A stretch of DNA of 32,000 nucleotides, from contig VENI01000008.1 of the NCBI GenBank assembly GCA_009711615.1, positions 1-32,000 on the forward strand, in the 5' to 3' direction. Positions 31,731-32,000 of the stretch are shown piece by piece. The translations under genes and the position numbers were made by a program. The number at the start of each line of letters is the position of its first letter. Within the stretch, counting starts at the first letter, position 1. The notes under the pieces are model-generated. The model saw only the letters and a list, made by a program, of their open reading frames with translations. It did no database searches and was not told the origin of the DNA. The DNA is from Bacillota bacterium. Lineage in GTDB: Bacteria; Bacillota; Desulfotomaculia; Desulfotomaculales; Desulfohalotomaculaceae.

Positions 31731-31770
31731 ACCTCCATAAATTGTAGTACCAACAACTATTTATGGAGGT
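31731..31770 (+). terminator. Perfect 12-bp hairpin: terminator-like for the lipoprotein gene, and it sequesters the sigK SD
   Basis: ACCUCCAUAAAU-(16 nt)-AUUUAUGGAGGU. The right arm contains the GGAGG located 7 nt upstream of the sigK ATG. It is followed by AUUUAUAU. Confidence 0.5.
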
Positions 31771-31776
31771 ATTTAT

Positions 31777-32000
31777 ATGCCTGTTGGTTTACTGGAAATA
31801 ACCATAGCATCTGTTATAAATGGTATCTTGCTATTGGCATCATTTATTGCATCCTATGCCTTTCCCCAGTCACTGGGCACAGAAGAAGAACTGCATTATT
31901 TGGAACAGGCACAGCTTGGCGACGAAAGAGCCCTTAGCATTCTGGTGGAACGCAACCTACGTTTGGTGGCTGAAGCAGAAAAAAGTCATAAACATCTACA
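31777..32000 (+). CDS. sigK: Pro-sigma-K N-terminal part (partial at the window edge; homology is lost after region 2.1)
   Basis: MPVGLLEITIASVINGILLLASFIASYAFPQSLGTEEELHYLEQAQLGDERALSILVERNLRLVA parallels B. subtilis pro-sigma-K (...[45 protein letters not shown]...). The last 9 codons (EAEKSHKHL) do not match the expected HI(V/A)KK(F/Y). Confidence 0.65.
   Translation, partial: MPVGLLEITIASVINGILLLASFIASYAFPQSLGTEEELHYLEQAQLGDERALSILVERNLRLVAEAEKSHKHL

Overview
The window looks like an AT-rich, endospore-forming Firmicute chromosome (Clostridia-like). Support: a pro-sigma-K N-terminus, yqeG-aroE synteny and strong GGAGG Shine-Dalgarno sites. The species cannot be named from sequence alone, and GC content was judged by eye, not computed. 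Positions 1-27033 are transcribed on the minus strand. About 20 kb of that is two adjacent but architecturally different type IV filament gene clusters.

Cluster 2 (21850 down to 10202) runs pilB-pilT-pilC-pilM-pilN-pilO, a PilP-like gene, a PilQ-like protein made only of secretin N-terminal domains with no barrel, and the major pilin pilA followed by a strong terminator. After that come a small membrane protein, a large PilX_N/Gly-linker/beta-helix protein and two minor pilins. A canonical sigma-A promoter, a c-di-GMP-I (GEMM-I) riboswitch aptamer and an intrinsic terminator precede this cluster.

Cluster 1 (10006 down to 1646) has T2SS-like gene order: prepilin peptidase pilD, pilB, pilC, a GspG-type pilin, a GspH/FimT-like pilin, two more minor pilins, a PilX-like protein, then pilM-pilN-pilO. 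tldD follows with no visible terminator. pilD occurs only in cluster 1 and pilT only in cluster 2.

Upstream of the pilus region, still on the minus strand, lie aroB-aroK-aroC-aroE, a YqeG-type HAD phosphatase and mobA. The plus-strand right end carries an iron-type alcohol dehydrogenase, an OmpR/HisKA two-component pair, a TolB-like beta-propeller lipoprotein and the 5' end of sigK.

Most notable observations:
- the secretin-less PilP/PilQ(N-domain) pair;
- the c-di-GMP riboswitch leader, together with MshEN-like motifs in both PilB ATPases;
- a dispersed heptamer-array element (TYCTGAN)n at three loci;
- a minor pilin whose prepilin signal lies upstream of any ATG/GTG/TTG start;
- a sigK reading frame that loses homology right after region 2.1 at the window edge.

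No rRNA, tRNA, CRISPR or transposase genes were seen.
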